Positions 19,983 through 30,371 are shown, numbered from the stretch's first letter. The stretch: 64,000 bases of DNA from Actinomycetota bacterium (GCA_030018275.1 JASEGB010000001.1:4380-68379); one strand, 5' to 3'. A program made the numbers and translations. Notes: generated from the sequence alone by a model not told the origin.

Positions 19983-20783
19983 TTACGAGTGAATTTTTTT
20001 AAGTATCGCTTTTATCAATCCTTCAATGGTGTACTCTTCGGCTATTACATCGACCTTTAGACCAAGGTCCTGGGTGGTACTCGCGGTGATCGGTCCAATG
20101 CAAGCCACCATCACCTTTTGAAGCATACTTTTAAGGTCGATGCCTTCAAGAAGGCGAACGAAATTTTTGACCGTGGAAGAGCTGGTGAAAGTGATAATAT
20201 CAATTTCACCTCGAGATAGTATCTGTTTAACTCCACTTACGTGGGAGTCATCGATGACCGTCCGGTACGCCGTTACTACATCCACGCTTGCTCCCAGCTC
20301 CCTCAGTCCTTGGGAGAGGATTTCCCGTGCTTTTTCGGCTCGGGGAATGAGGATGCTGGTCCCTTCCACCTCTCCCCCCTTGAACCCTTCTATAATCGAT
20401 TCGGCGCAATATTCTCGGGGAATATAATCGGTGGTGAGACCCCACCTCTTTAGCTCTCGACCAGTTGCTGGACCGATGGCGGCGATTTTTATCCCTTTAA
20501 GTTCCCGCACATCTTTCCCCTTGTGATAGAATCTCTCCATAAAAAAGGAGACTCCATTCACGCTGGTGAAGATGATCCAGTTGTACCTCCGAAGGTCGGC
20601 TATAGCATCGTCCAAAGCTTTAAAATCCTCCGGTGGCAAAATTTTAATGGTCGGAAATTCTACGACTTCGGCTCCAAGCTCCTCTAATGCCTGGATAAAA
20701 TCACCGGCTTGAGCTCTGGACCTGGTGACCAAAATCTTCTTTCCAGAAAGGGGTTTATTCTCAAGATATACCTTCCCCGCCAT
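19983..20783 (-). CDS. hemD: Uroporphyrinogen-III synthase
   Basis: ILVTRSRAQ, IFTSVNGV, AIGPATG, FTSSSTV. Confidence 0.93.
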   Translation of the reverse strand: MAGKVYLENKPLSGKKILVTRSRAQAGDFIQALEELGAEVVEFPTIKILPPEDFKALDDAIADLRRYNWIIFTSVNGVSFFMERFYHKGKDVRELKGIKIAAIGPATGRELKRWGLTTDYIPREYCAESIIEGFKGGEVEGTSILIPRAEKAREILSQGLRELGASVDVVTAYRTVIDDSHVSGVKQILSRGEIDIITFTSSSTVKNFVRLLEGIDLKSMLQKVMVACIGPITASTTQDLGLKVDVIAEEYTIEGLIKAILKKIHS

Positions 20784-20835
20784 GTGGCATTCTCACTTCC
20801 CAGCAAAACTTTTGTGTTTTCCCAAGTTGTGTAAC

Positions 20836-20940
20836 AAATTTAAAATGCAAAGATCAAAAATCAAAATCACAGATCAAAATCCAAAAATTTTAGAACTTTT
20901 TGAATTTTACTTTGTCATTTTGCATTTTGCGTTTTAATTT
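20836..20940. repeat. AT-rich heptamer hairpin (CAAAATG class)
   Basis: (caaaaat/caaaatg)n ... (ttttgca/tttgtca)n; related copies at 38296, 48757 and 59851. Confidence 0.7.
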
Positions 20941-21878
20941 GCCTTCTCGCTCAGGTGGCGGATTTCTTTCAGAATTTGATCTGCCCCTCGCTCAAGCAAT
21001 CTTGCGGCCAAAAGAATCCCAAGATCTTGGGCCCGAGAGGGATCACCAATGATGTTATCTTTAACCAACTTGCTGCCATCCAAGCTGGCAACAAGGGCAG
21101 TGAGCCTTAATTCACCATTCTGCACTTTCCCTAGGGCAGCGATGGGGACCTGACAACCTCCTCCCAGTCTCCTCATCAGCGCCCTTTCGGCCGAAATTGA
21201 AATCCAAGTTTCATGGTGATTGAGCTGCCTTGCAAGCTCAATCATCTCGTGATCATCGATTCTCGCCTCGATGCCAATGGCTCCTTGCCCCACCGCGGAG
21301 AGACAAATCTCCGTGGGAATCCTCTCGGTTACCCTCTCTGACCAACCCATGCGATCGATACCGGCTGCGGCCACGATTATCGCGTCGAACTGACCAGATT
21401 CTAGTTTCTTAAGTCTGGTATCGAGATTACCTCTAATGTCAACGAGCTTAAGATCAGGTCTGAAATGGAGAAGTTGGGCTTTACGCCTAAGACTGCTGGT
21501 AGCGATGACCGCCTCCCTGGGTAAATCCCGTAAGGGTATGTTGTCTCGTGAGATGAGTACATCTCGAGGATCATCACGCTGAAGTACAGCTGCGATAGTG
21601 AGTCCCAAGGGGATATCCGTGGGAACATCCTTCATGGAGTGGACGGCTAAATCTATCTCACCGCGCTCAAGGGCAAGTTCAATCTCTTTGACGAAAAGAC
21701 CCTTCCCCCCTATCTTTGCCAAAGGCGAATCCAGAATCTTATCTCCTCTGGTCTTTATCCTTTTAATACAAATTTCACGAGATACCAGGTCTTTAAGATT
21801 TTGAGCAACTAAATTTGTTTGCAAGAGCGCCAGTTGGCTTCCTCTGCTACCGATAACAATTTTTGAACGCTTACCCAT
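20934..21878 (-). CDS. hemC: Hydroxymethylbilane synthase
   Basis: GSRGSQLAL, GGKGLFVKE, AVHSMKD, LGGGCQVP; ATG at 21878. Confidence 0.97.
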   Translation of the reverse strand: MGKRSKIVIGSRGSQLALLQTNLVAQNLKDLVSREICIKRIKTRGDKILDSPLAKIGGKGLFVKEIELALERGEIDLAVHSMKDVPTDIPLGLTIAAVLQRDDPRDVLISRDNIPLRDLPREAVIATSSLRRKAQLLHFRPDLKLVDIRGNLDTRLKKLESGQFDAIIVAAAGIDRMGWSERVTERIPTEICLSAVGQGAIGIEARIDDHEMIELARQLNHHETWISISAERALMRRLGGGCQVPIAALGKVQNGELRLTALVASLDGSKLVKDNIIGDPSRAQDLGILLAARLLERGADQILKEIRHLSEKAN

Positions 21879-23229
21879 GTAATCCTTTCCGCCCCTCGCC
21901 CTTCGTCCCTCGTCCCTCGCCCTTCGTCCCTCGTCCCTCACCCTTCGACCTTCCCCTCTCCATTGCCTCAAGATCGAAAAGATGACGGAGGGATTCTATA
22001 TACAGATATCCATCTTTGCGCCGAGAGCACTCCTTGATGCGGACGATGGGTTCATGGAGAAGCTTATTGATGATCACCCCGGTGAGTGCATTGATTATAT
22101 TTTTCTCCCTCTCGGATAGCTCTCCCAACTTATTCAAAGCCTTCTCCGTCTCCCCCTCTCTTATCAATTCAGCCCTCTTCCTTAAAGCGGCTATGGTTGG
22201 AACAACCTCAAGGGAACTGAGCCAGGCCATGAATTCTTCTACTTCCCTATCGATGATTAACTCAGCCTTCCTGGCCTCCCTAGCTCGCTCGGCTAGATTG
22301 GCGTCGGCCACGGATTGGAGATCATCTATGTCGAAGAGAAACACGTTGTAAATCTTGTTGACTTCAGGATCGATATCCCTGGGGACGGCTATATCGATCA
22401 AAAAGATGGGTTTAAATCTCCTTCTGCGCATCGCCTCGGCCACGGTTTTCTTCTTAACGATGTAATGAGGGGCTCCGGTGGAACTTATCACTATATCCGT
22501 ATCCACCATGTAATCGGGAAACTCATCGAATTTTACCGCCTTTCCGTGAAATCGGTTTGCTAATTCCACCGCTCGCTCATAGGTGCGGTTGGAAACGAGT
22601 ACGGATGTCACCCCATTGGCCACGAGGTGCTTCGCCGTAAGCTCACTCATCTCACCAGCACCTATTATCATCACGGTGCGACCAGCCAAATCCTCAAAGA
22701 CTTTTTTAGCCAATTCTACAGCCACATAGCTTACGGAAACAGCACTCTCTCCGATCCCGGTCTCCGTTCGCACTCTTTTGCCAACCTTAAAGGCGTGTCT
22801 GAAGAGCCTGTTGAAAATGACGCTGGTGGCGTGGGCTTCGAAAGCGTGAGCGTATGCCCCTTTGACCTGACCCAAGATTTGGGCTTCTCCCACAACCATG
22901 GAATCCAAGCTGGTAACCACCTCAAAAAGGTGGTGAATGACATCAATTGAGTGACGAAAGTACAGATGATTGCGGAACTTTTTTGGATCCAAATTGTGAT
23001 ACTGACTCAGGAATTTTATCAGATCCTCTTTCCCTCTATCGGGATCGTCGGAGACCGCATAGATCTCCGTTCGATTGCAGGTGGAAAGGATTACCCCTTC
23101 GCTGATATGGTCGTATTTTAGCAAGCATTGGAGGGATTCCTCCAGTTTGGATTCCGGAAATGTCAATTTTTCCCTGATCTCTACGGGAGCAGTCTTGTGA
23201 GAGAGTCCCATCACGATAATATGCATCAC
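21871..23229 (-). CDS. hemA: Glutamyl-tRNA reductase
   Basis: LSTCNRTE, LDSMVVGEAQILGQ, GAGEMS, DIAVPRD. Confidence 0.97.
   Translation of the reverse strand: MMHIIVMGLSHKTAPVEIREKLTFPESKLEESLQCLLKYDHISEGVILSTCNRTEIYAVSDDPDRGKEDLIKFLSQYHNLDPKKFRNHLYFRHSIDVIHHLFEVVTSLDSMVVGEAQILGQVKGAYAHAFEAHATSVIFNRLFRHAFKVGKRVRTETGIGESAVSVSYVAVELAKKVFEDLAGRTVMIIGAGEMSELTAKHLVANGVTSVLVSNRTYERAVELANRFHGKAVKFDEFPDYMVDTDIVISSTGAPHYIVKKKTVAEAMRRRRFKPIFLIDIAVPRDIDPEVNKIYNVFLFDIDDLQSVADANLAERAREARKAELIIDREVEEFMAWLSSLEVVPTIAALRKRAELIREGETEKALNKLGELSEREKNIINALTGVIINKLLHEPIVRIKECSRRKDGYLYIESLRHLFDLEAMERGRSKGEGRGTKGEGRGTKGEGRKGLHG
21893..21948. repeat. 8x heptamer tandem array CCCTCGT inside the hemA 3' end
   Basis: ccctcgc ccttcgt ccctcgt ccctcgc ccttcgt ccctcgt ccctcac ccttcga (21-nt super-period). 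Confidence 0.9.
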
Positions 23230-23322
23230 TTAACCCGCTCCTTAAGTATCGCCAAATCAAATCCCTTTTATAATTTTACCCCGCTTGCTGGGCTTGGGCC
23301 AGCACCTGTGGCTCTAACCGCT

Positions 23323-24144
23323 CTAACCTCTAAACCCATGAAGGTAACTGACGTAGGGAACTATGGCAAACCTTATGGACATCACGCATAAAAATCCAAT
23401 GATCGCCAATATAGCCGCTCTCTTGCCCATCCAGCCCGCCGCGGCTCTGAGTAACAGATAAAAAGCATAAATCGACCAAGAAACCGCGGAAGCGACAACG
23501 ATGGGATCCCAAATTGTACCCCACACCTGGCGAGCCTGGATTGCCCCGGTGGCCACGCAAAGAGTGAAGAAGAGAAAACCAGCGAGTACAGCTCGATAGC
23601 CCACATCATCCAAAACTTCTAAAGAGGGCAGACGCCGGAATAGAATATTCGGTCTCCTCCCCTTCATCTGCCATTCCTGCAAGAGATAGAGCAGTCCGCA
23701 CCCGGCGGCGACGGTGAAGGCAGCGGAAGCGATGAAAATGAGCATGAAATGTACATCCACCAAGGAACTTCGCAATATTGAAAGGCGAGGTCCAGGCGGC
23801 TGATAATGACTCCAGGCTTTAACCAAAAACACGCAATTGATGGCGGTAATGAATATCCCCAAAACCTTGGACTTGGAGAAATATTCCACGAAAAGATAGG
23901 CCATGATCACGAGCCAGGCCACGGCGGAGAGGGACTCATAAGCCGTTGCTCCGGGAAGATGACCCGAAGCCAATCCTCGAAAAATCAAAGATGCCGTGTG
24001 CACCACCCATCCACCGATGGTCATTCCAGTAGCCAGACTACCGGCTATATGTCTTCTAGAAGCGAAGAAGTTAGCATACATTGCAAAAGCCAGAGCATAT
24101 ATAGCGAGAGCGAGCCAAAAAAGAAAAACGCTGATCCTCTCCAT
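23323..24144 (-). CDS. CcsA/HemX-like cytochrome c assembly membrane protein
   Basis: Multiple TMs, RRLPSLEVLD, TGAIQARQVWG..WDP; adjacent to hemA. Confidence 0.8.
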   Translation of the reverse strand: MERISVFLFWLALAIYALAFAMYANFFASRRHIAGSLATGMTIGGWVVHTASLIFRGLASGHLPGATAYESLSAVAWLVIMAYLFVEYFSKSKVLGIFITAINCVFLVKAWSHYQPPGPRLSILRSSLVDVHFMLIFIASAAFTVAAGCGLLYLLQEWQMKGRRPNILFRRLPSLEVLDDVGYRAVLAGFLFFTLCVATGAIQARQVWGTIWDPIVVASAVSWSIYAFYLLLRAAAGWMGKRAAILAIIGFLCVMSIRFAIVPYVSYLHGFRG

Positions 24145-24153
24145 GCCAACCTC

Positions 24154-24288
24154 CTACTTCTTTTTCTCAGCAACCTCCCGAAGAAGTTTCAACTCCCTGG
24201 AGAGATGGGCTAATCTTCTTTCGATGGTTAAAACGTAAAGGAAAAGGACGATCCAAACGGCAAAATAGGCTGCGATCAAATAGCGCAT
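24154..24288 (-). CDS. ccmD: CcmD family protein (not in ORF track)
   Basis: MRYLIAAYFAVWIVLFLYV... 44 aa immediately after ccmC. Confidence 0.8.
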   Translation of the reverse strand: MRYLIAAYFAVWIVLFLYVLTIERRLAHLSRELKLLREVAEKKK

Positions 24289-24294
24289 TTCTCA

Positions 24295-24972
24295 TCAACC
24301 CCCAAGCTCACTTTTGATGTCCTCGATTTCATCCTTTATCTTCTCCAGACGATACCTCTCCTGCAAGAGACAGAAATAAAACAGGGTGAAAGCGACTAGG
24401 CACACGATCAATGCGGTGATCATGGGGGGCTCTAGCTCAATGCTGGTGGGCTTGATGACCAACGGATGGATTGTTCGCCACCATCTAATGGACATGAAAG
24501 ATATGGGAACGCTGATGAAAGCGGCGATTCCATATACGGCTGCGAATCTCGCCCGACGCATTTCCTCCTCAACGGATCTTCTGAGCAGCAAATATCCCGC
24601 ATAAAGTAACCACATGATGAGTGAAGTGGTAAGACGAGGTTCCCAAGTCCACCAAACCCCCCAAGCGGGCTTGGCCCATATTGGACCGGTGATGAGGACT
24701 AAAGCATCTATAACCAATCCAACCTCAGCGGAGCAGAGAGCTATGGTATCCCACCTCCTGTCCCTCCTCCAAAGGAATACGATGCTGCAAAGGAAGACCA
24801 CGAGGAAAGCAAGATAAGGGATCCAGGCCGTGGATACGTGGAAATAAAATATCTTCTGGAGGATGCCCATCTTCCTTTCAATGGGTGCATAAATGAAAAC
24901 CATATAAATGGCCAAAAGAATGGCAATGAAGGTAACTCCAGAGAGAATTTGAGCTTTTCTTTCCATGTTCAC
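24295..24972 (-). CDS. ccmC: Heme exporter CcmC
   Basis: IFYFHV, WAKPAWGVWWTWEPRLT (WWD motif), WWRTIHP. Confidence 0.93.
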   Translation of the reverse strand: MNMERKAQILSGVTFIAILLAIYMVFIYAPIERKMGILQKIFYFHVSTAWIPYLAFLVVFLCSIVFLWRRDRRWDTIALCSAEVGLVIDALVLITGPIWAKPAWGVWWTWEPRLTTSLIMWLLYAGYLLLRRSVEEEMRRARFAAVYGIAAFISVPISFMSIRWWRTIHPLVIKPTSIELEPPMITALIVCLVAFTLFYFCLLQERYRLEKIKDEIEDIKSELGG

Positions 24973-25649
24973 TCCTCTAAAACGTATTCAAAGGTCAAGA
25001 ATCCCACAAGCAAAAAAATGATATCATAAATTGCCAGCATTCTCAGCCAGATGAGAATATCAATCGAGAACTTTGAAGCGGTCATGATTAAACCCGTTAA
25101 TTTCACGGCGGCGATTAAAATCGGAATTATCACCGGGAAAAAGAGTATGGGCAACATGAGGTCCCTTGCCTTAGTATTGATGGAAATTGCCGAAAGCAAG
25201 GTGCCCACGGATGTGATCCCCACATTGCTCAAGATTATCACTAGAATCAGCAGCCAAAGGTTGGCTAAGGGAATCATTTTTATGAAGAATACAAAGAATA
25301 TGGGAAGAGCCAACATTTGAACGACGAAAATAAAGACCAGGCTGGAGAGAACCTTACCGAAATAAATCACCGCTCTATCCGTGGGGCAAAGCATCAAACC
25401 ATCCAGGCATCCTTCATCCTTCTCGTGGACGAAGATTCTGTTAAGCCCCAGCATAGCGGCGAATAGAAAGGCCGCCCACAAAATGCCCGCCGCGATCTCC
25501 ATTCCCTCAAAAATCTCTCCAAAAGCAAAGTGAAAGATGACCATGATAAGGATGACGAAGACGAGCATGGAATTGAGCATCTCTTTCGTTCTAATCTCTG
25601 CAGCGATATCCTTTCTGACGATGGTTAGAATCTGTCGAATATAGTTCAT
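24969..25649 (-). CDS. ccmB: Heme exporter CcmB
   Basis: FVHEKDEGCLDGL, LLP-type LMLPILFFP; 6 TMs. Confidence 0.9.
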   Translation of the reverse strand: MNYIRQILTIVRKDIAAEIRTKEMLNSMLVFVILIMVIFHFAFGEIFEGMEIAAGILWAAFLFAAMLGLNRIFVHEKDEGCLDGLMLCPTDRAVIYFGKVLSSLVFIFVVQMLALPIFFVFFIKMIPLANLWLLILVIILSNVGITSVGTLLSAISINTKARDLMLPILFFPVIIPILIAAVKLTGLIMTASKFSIDILIWLRMLAIYDIIFLLVGFLTFEYVLEE

Positions 25650-26359
25650 TCGCTCACATACCTGGTGTAGATTTCCCTTAAATTTGCGATGTCAAGAGCA
25701 CGTTTCTCCCCCTGAAAAACCATCCTTCCTTCACTCAAGATAAGGATTGAGGTGGCATGCTCCAGACCCTTTTCCAAATTATGGGTGGCCATTATGAAAG
25801 TACGGTCTTCTCTCTTCAAATCCTCCAAGAGGTCATCGAGGATATCGGTGGCATGAGGATCGAGACCGCTGTGGGGCTCATCGAGAAGGAGGATGGACGG
25901 ATTGTGGAGCAGAACCCTGGCGATGGAGAGTCTCTGTTGCATCCCTCTAGAGAATGTTCGAACGACATCGAACTTTCGATGTCCCAACTCGACCTTCTCC
26001 AAAAGTTGAGAAATCCTCGCCTCCAAACCCCTAATGTCAAACATCCTACCGTAGAAAAGCAAATTTTCGTAGGCGGTTAAATCACCGTAAAGGAGTGGAT
26101 TGTGCGAAATCAAACCCATTCTTTCCCGAATGGCTATCGAATCCCTCCGGAGATCAAAACCATCTATCTTAACCGAACCCGAGGAGGGTAAAACAAGGGT
26201 GGCTAAAATTTTGATCAGCGTCGTCTTTCCCGCTCCATTTGGACCGATGATCGTCAGAAATTCGCCCTTCTCCAATTCGAAGTTTATGTCCTGTAATACC
26301 TTCCTCCGACCGAAAATTTTTGAAAGACCTTCAGCCCTTATTAGCGGAGAATCTTGCAT
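25646..26359 (-). CDS. ccmA: Heme ABC exporter ATPase CcmA
   Basis: GPNGAGKT, FSRGMQQR, LLLDEP; operon context. Confidence 0.9.
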   Translation of the reverse strand: MQDSPLIRAEGLSKIFGRRKVLQDINFELEKGEFLTIIGPNGAGKTTLIKILATLVLPSSGSVKIDGFDLRRDSIAIRERMGLISHNPLLYGDLTAYENLLFYGRMFDIRGLEARISQLLEKVELGHRKFDVVRTFSRGMQQRLSIARVLLHNPSILLLDEPHSGLDPHATDILDDLLEDLKREDRTFIMATHNLEKGLEHATSILILSEGRMVFQGEKRALDIANLREIYTRYVSE

Positions 26360-26452
26360 CTCTCTCTCCTAGAATTAAGGTATATTATTAACAAGATGGG
26401 TTAACACTACTCCCTTAAATGTATGTGTAAACCAAACTCGTTAACAGTCCAA

Positions 26453-28381
26453 CTAAGGTTTTTGGACGGGCCAGAAGGCCAGGGCAGTGCCAATAAAAAG
26501 AAGAATACATCCAATCCAGAGCCAGGATACCAAGGGATTTATCATTACGTGCAGAAGGACTGAATGATCTCTACCAATCCTCTCCAAGGCTACAAAGATG
26601 TCTCTGAGCAAATTATCTTCGATGGCAACCCTTGCGATTGAAGTTTCCTCAATATAGTGGTAGACGATTCGAGGGGTGAGGACACCTTTTCTCTTTCCGC
26701 CTTCGTAAAGAGTCAGTCGCGCCCCCACGGTTTCCTTGTCCACTTCCCTCTCAAATGATATCTCCTCGTAACTTAACTTTATGTCTTTCACCTCGAAGGT
26801 TTCATTTTTTGCCAGCGACGTTTTAGTATCTATCTTATAAAAAGTGGTACCGATGAGCCCCACTACCATTATAACGATGGCCAGATGGGCGATTAATCCT
26901 CCGTATCTAGCCCTATTGGTGGAAACGAGATACCAAAGGGATACCAGAAGCCCTTTCTTCGTTTGCCTTCGCCGAGCCCTGACCTCTCGAATGAAGGTTT
27001 GTACCACTCCCACCGCGGCGAAAGCACAAATGAAAAAGGCGACACTCCCCTCCAAAGACCTGTCCCATGACAGATAGATGGCTATGGCGACGATCGCGCC
27101 AAGGATAATGGGGTAAAAGATATCTCTCTTGACCTTGGAAAAGGATGTCTGACGCCACCCCAATATGGGACAAATGCCCATCAGGAGTAGGTAAATGAGC
27201 CCCAGAGGTATGGCCAATCTGCCGTAAAATTTGGGACCGGGGGAAATCTGCTCTCCAATGACCAGCGATGAAAAAATGGGAAACATAGTCCCGATCAAAA
27301 TCACAAGGGCACAGAAGACCATGACCAGATTATTGAGATGAAAACCGTATTCCCTAGAGAGGAGGTTGACCTCCCCTTCGCCTCTGAAATCTTTATATGT
27401 GTAAATCAGTATCCCGAAGGATATCAGGAAGACAAGAATCATAAACCACAGAAAATAAGGACCGACGGGGGATACGCCAAAGGCATGCACGGAGGAGATG
27501 ATCCCACTGCGCGTAAGGAAGGTGGCCAGGATGCAAAGCAAAAATGTGGCGATGGTAAGTGTAACCGTCCACATCCTCAAGATCTTTCGCTTTCGATATG
27601 CAACGCAGGAATGGAGCAGTGCGGTACCGGTAAACCAGGGAAATAGGGATGCGTTCTCAACGGGGTCCCAGGCCCAGTAACCTCCCCAACCGAGTACCTC
27701 GTAGGCCCAAAGGCCGCCCAAAAATATTCCAACGCTTAGGAAAGTCCAGGCGAAAAGGGCCCATCTCCTACACCCCTCAAGCCAATCGATACCCCGTTCT
27801 CTGGTTAGCAGAGCCGCCATTGCCATGGCAAAGGGCAATGTGAAGCCAGCAAAACCCACAAAAAGAGTAGGGGGATGGAAGATCATCTGAAAGTGCTGAA
27901 GAAGAGGATTCAAACCTCGTCCCTCATGCATGAGGAAGGGAGCCTCCGTAAAGGGACTCACGGGAATGGCCAATAGAAGAATGAAGAAAGCCTGTACCAA
28001 TAGCAAAATGGATAATGCATAGAGGTCAAAAACATTTCTTTTACCCCAGACTATGAAGATCAGGGTGAAAAGGGATATGAGCCACAGCCAGAGGAGCAGA
28101 GAACCCTCTTGCCCAGCCCAGAAAGCGGCGATCGTGTAGGATAAGGGAAGAAGTGTACTCGTATGGTTGGCGACATAGGCAATGGAGAAATTCCTGTTCA
28201 CTAAGGCAACTAAAAGCACAAGGGAAGCTACGGTTATGAAAACGAAAGTTAAAATAGCGGCAGTTCGCCCAGCCTCAACATATTTTTTACGCCTTGTTTT
28301 GATCCCATATAAAAGAATACAAACCGCCGAAATGGAGACCAAAAGTGAAAGCCAGATTGCAACCTTTCCCAGTATGGCCAT
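26453..28381 (-). CDS. ccmF: Cytochrome c heme lyase CcmF
   Basis: WAGQEGSLLLW, GLNPLLQ, HPP, WGGYWAWDPVEN, SVHAF. Confidence 0.95.
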   Translation of the reverse strand: MAILGKVAIWLSLLVSISAVCILLYGIKTRRKKYVEAGRTAAILTFVFITVASLVLLVALVNRNFSIAYVANHTSTLLPLSYTIAAFWAGQEGSLLLWLWLISLFTLIFIVWGKRNVFDLYALSILLLVQAFFILLLAIPVSPFTEAPFLMHEGRGLNPLLQHFQMIFHPPTLFVGFAGFTLPFAMAMAALLTRERGIDWLEGCRRWALFAWTFLSVGIFLGGLWAYEVLGWGGYWAWDPVENASLFPWFTGTALLHSCVAYRKRKILRMWTVTLTIATFLLCILATFLTRSGIISSVHAFGVSPVGPYFLWFMILVFLISFGILIYTYKDFRGEGEVNLLSREYGFHLNNLVMVFCALVILIGTMFPIFSSLVIGEQISPGPKFYGRLAIPLGLIYLLLMGICPILGWRQTSFSKVKRDIFYPIILGAIVAIAIYLSWDRSLEGSVAFFICAFAAVGVVQTFIREVRARRRQTKKGLLVSLWYLVSTNRARYGGLIAHLAIVIMVVGLIGTTFYKIDTKTSLAKNETFEVKDIKLSYEEISFEREVDKETVGARLTLYEGGKRKGVLTPRIVYHYIEETSIARVAIEDNLLRDIFVALERIGRDHSVLLHVMINPLVSWLWIGCILLFIGTALAFWPVQKP

Positions 28382-28393
28382 CTTTTCCCCTCA

Positions 28394-28822
28394 TCATTTG
28401 GTGATATACTTGGAGGGACACCTGGCAAGAAGATTCTTCGCCCTTATCCCGACATCTCGTTCATAAATTCCTTCGGCGATGACCTCAGCATCCTCCTTGA
28501 AAGTGGAGGGTAAAATGCCTTTATAAAGAACAAGAATTTCTTCCTTTCCATCGAATATCTTAAACCTATAACCACCTTCTTTCTCCTCGAAGGAGCCCTT
28601 CACAACTTTACCGATGACCCTGACCGGTTTGCCGTGCAAAGACTCATCCATCTTTATCTCGCTAACCGTTCTATAATACAAGAAGGAGCCTCCCACCGTG
28701 GAATAGACCAGATAGCCCAGAAGGATGAGTACGATGACTACCGTTATGAGTATGCGGGTTCTTCTCTCCATATTCTCCTCCTCGATTGGCAAATAACAGC
28801 TTAATTCTACCAAAATTTTCAA
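28394..28822 (-). CDS. ccmE: Heme chaperone CcmE, CxxxY variant
   Basis: N-terminal TM, OB fold, C-terminal RCPSKY. Confidence 0.88.
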   Translation of the reverse strand: MKILVELSCYLPIEEENMERRTRILITVVIVLILLGYLVYSTVGGSFLYYRTVSEIKMDESLHGKPVRVIGKVVKGSFEEKEGGYRFKIFDGKEEILVLYKGILPSTFKEDAEVIAEGIYERDVGIRAKNLLARCPSKYITK

Positions 28823-28839
28823 TCAAGAGACAAATAAAT

Positions 28840-29355
28840 TCAACTTATTTTGGTGGGAGCATTGGTGGGAGCACACTCCCCACCTCTTCCCCGAATGATT
28901 TCTATGCCATGGGGAATAGCAGGTAAGATGACATCTAAGCATTCCTTGACCGCCTTTGGACTTCCCGGAAGATTGATGATTAAAGTTTGCTTTCTTATTC
29001 CACTGACCGCCCTGGATAGCATGGCATGAGGAGTGACTTTCAGACTTTCATGACGCATGGCTTCGGCAAACCCCGGAACTTCCCTGTCGATGACGGCTTT
29101 TGTGGCCTCAGGTGTTACATCCCGGGGGGAGAGTCCCGTACCACCCGTGGTGAGTACGATATCTGCATCGATCTCATCCGCAAAATACCTCAACCTTTGT
29201 GAAATGATGTCAAATTCATCGGGGACTATCTCCTGATGGACGATTTCCGCTCCCAAAGAAGTCATTTTCTCGACAATAACTCTTCCGCTTAAATCCTCAC
29301 GTTCTCCTCGAAAACCCTTATCACTTACGGTTAAAATGGCAACCTTTATGTTCAT
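28840..29355 (-). CDS. mog: Molybdopterin adenylyltransferase (MogA/MoaB)
   Basis: TTGGTGLSPRDVTPEAT, NLPGSPKAV. Confidence 0.9.
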   Translation of the reverse strand: MNIKVAILTVSDKGFRGEREDLSGRVIVEKMTSLGAEIVHQEIVPDEFDIISQRLRYFADEIDADIVLTTGGTGLSPRDVTPEATKAVIDREVPGFAEAMRHESLKVTPHAMLSRAVSGIRKQTLIINLPGSPKAVKECLDVILPAIPHGIEIIRGRGGECAPTNAPTKIS

Positions 29356-29356
29356 T

Positions 29357-29914
29357 TCAGCTCACCTGTATAACGGATTTGAAAATCCTTATTTCGTCTC
29401 CGATTTTTATTTTGCCGCCTTTAAGTACCTTTGCAAATATCCCCTCCTTGGGCATGATGCACTCCTTCACACGATAATAGATAGCACATTTGGTATGGCA
29501 TGTTTTCCCGTGTTGGGTAACTTCCAGTGTTATCCCCTCTCCAATTTTTAAGCGAGCTCCCACGGGAAGTGATAAAAGATCGACACCTCGTGTGGTTATA
29601 TTCTCCGCAAAATCGCCGGGACCGACATCGAATCCGAGCTTTTGCATCCTCTTTATGCTCTCCTCAGCGAGCAAACTCACTTGGCGATGCCATCCGCCGG
29701 CATGAGCATCGCCTTCCAATCCATGAGAAGCCAATATTTTGCAATGCCCAACTCTTTTCTTGCGAACGCTCTTTTTGGCGCTGATATTAACCGAAACTAC
29801 CACCCCGACCCGTTGTTCGTTGTTAGTTGTTGGTCGTTGGTTTAATTTCCTTGAACCTTGAACCTTGAACGCTTCATACCTCTCCCTCTCTAATGAAGGT
29901 GCCCGATTTACCAC
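29357..29914 (-). CDS. MOSC domain protein (N-terminal ~35 aa are repeat-derived)
   Basis: [43 protein letters not shown]. Confidence 0.88.
   Translation of the reverse strand: MVNRAPSLERERYEAFKVQGSRKLNQRPTTNNEQRVGVVVSVNISAKKSVRKKRVGHCKILASHGLEGDAHAGGWHRQVSLLAEESIKRMQKLGFDVGPGDFAENITTRGVDLLSLPVGARLKIGEGITLEVTQHGKTCHTKCAIYYRVKECIMPKEGIFAKVLKGGKIKIGDEIRIFKSVIQVS
29811..29871. repeat. Two adjacent heptamer arrays (CGTTGTT; CTTGAAC x3)
   Basis: cgttgtt cgttgtt agttgtt ggtcgtt ... cttgaac cttgaac cttgaac. Confidence 0.8.
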
Positions 29915-30371
29915 CCGTTTTCTTCACCAGCCTTATATCCGTCAGGGTGATCGCTCTGTCAACAGCTTTGCACATATCGTAAATGGTCAGTGCAGCGGCG
30001 GAAACGGCGACGAGAGCTTCCATCTCCACACCGGTTCTATCGCGAGTCTTGACCACGGCTTCGACCTCCACGGTAGAATCCTCATCATTCATGGAAAAGT
30101 CGATATCCACGGCGGTAATTTGAAGAGGATGACACATGGGAATGAGTTCCGACGTTCTCTTGGCAGCCATGATCCCCGCCACCTGGGCCACAGCTAGAAC
30201 ATCGCCCTTCCTTATGCCACCGGTTTTGATCAGCTTCAAAGTCTTTGGGGACATCTTAACCCGCCCCCTGGCTATGGCCTCTCGGACGGTGGGCTCCTTT
30301 TCACTTACATCGACCATCCTGGCTCTCCCATGCTCATCTATGTGCGTAAATTCCTTCATTTCATCCTCCAA
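29874..30371 (-). CDS. moaC: Cyclic pyranopterin monophosphate synthase
   Basis: [29 protein letters not shown]. Confidence 0.96.
   Translation of the reverse strand: MEDEMKEFTHIDEHGRARMVDVSEKEPTVREAIARGRVKMSPKTLKLIKTGGIRKGDVLAVAQVAGIMAAKRTSELIPMCHPLQITAVDIDFSMNDEDSTVEVEAVVKTRDRTGVEMEALVAVSAAALTIYDMCKAVDRAITLTDIRLVKKTGGKSGTFIREGEV

Noticed and set aside
21893..21948. Repeat arrays as CRISPR
   Set aside because: The units are 7 nt with no unique spacers and there are no cas genes; no CRISPR array was found in the window.
23230..23322. Possible sirC/cysG C-terminal remnant between ccsA and hemA
   Set aside because: The position fits, but the fragment is too short to recognise with confidence.
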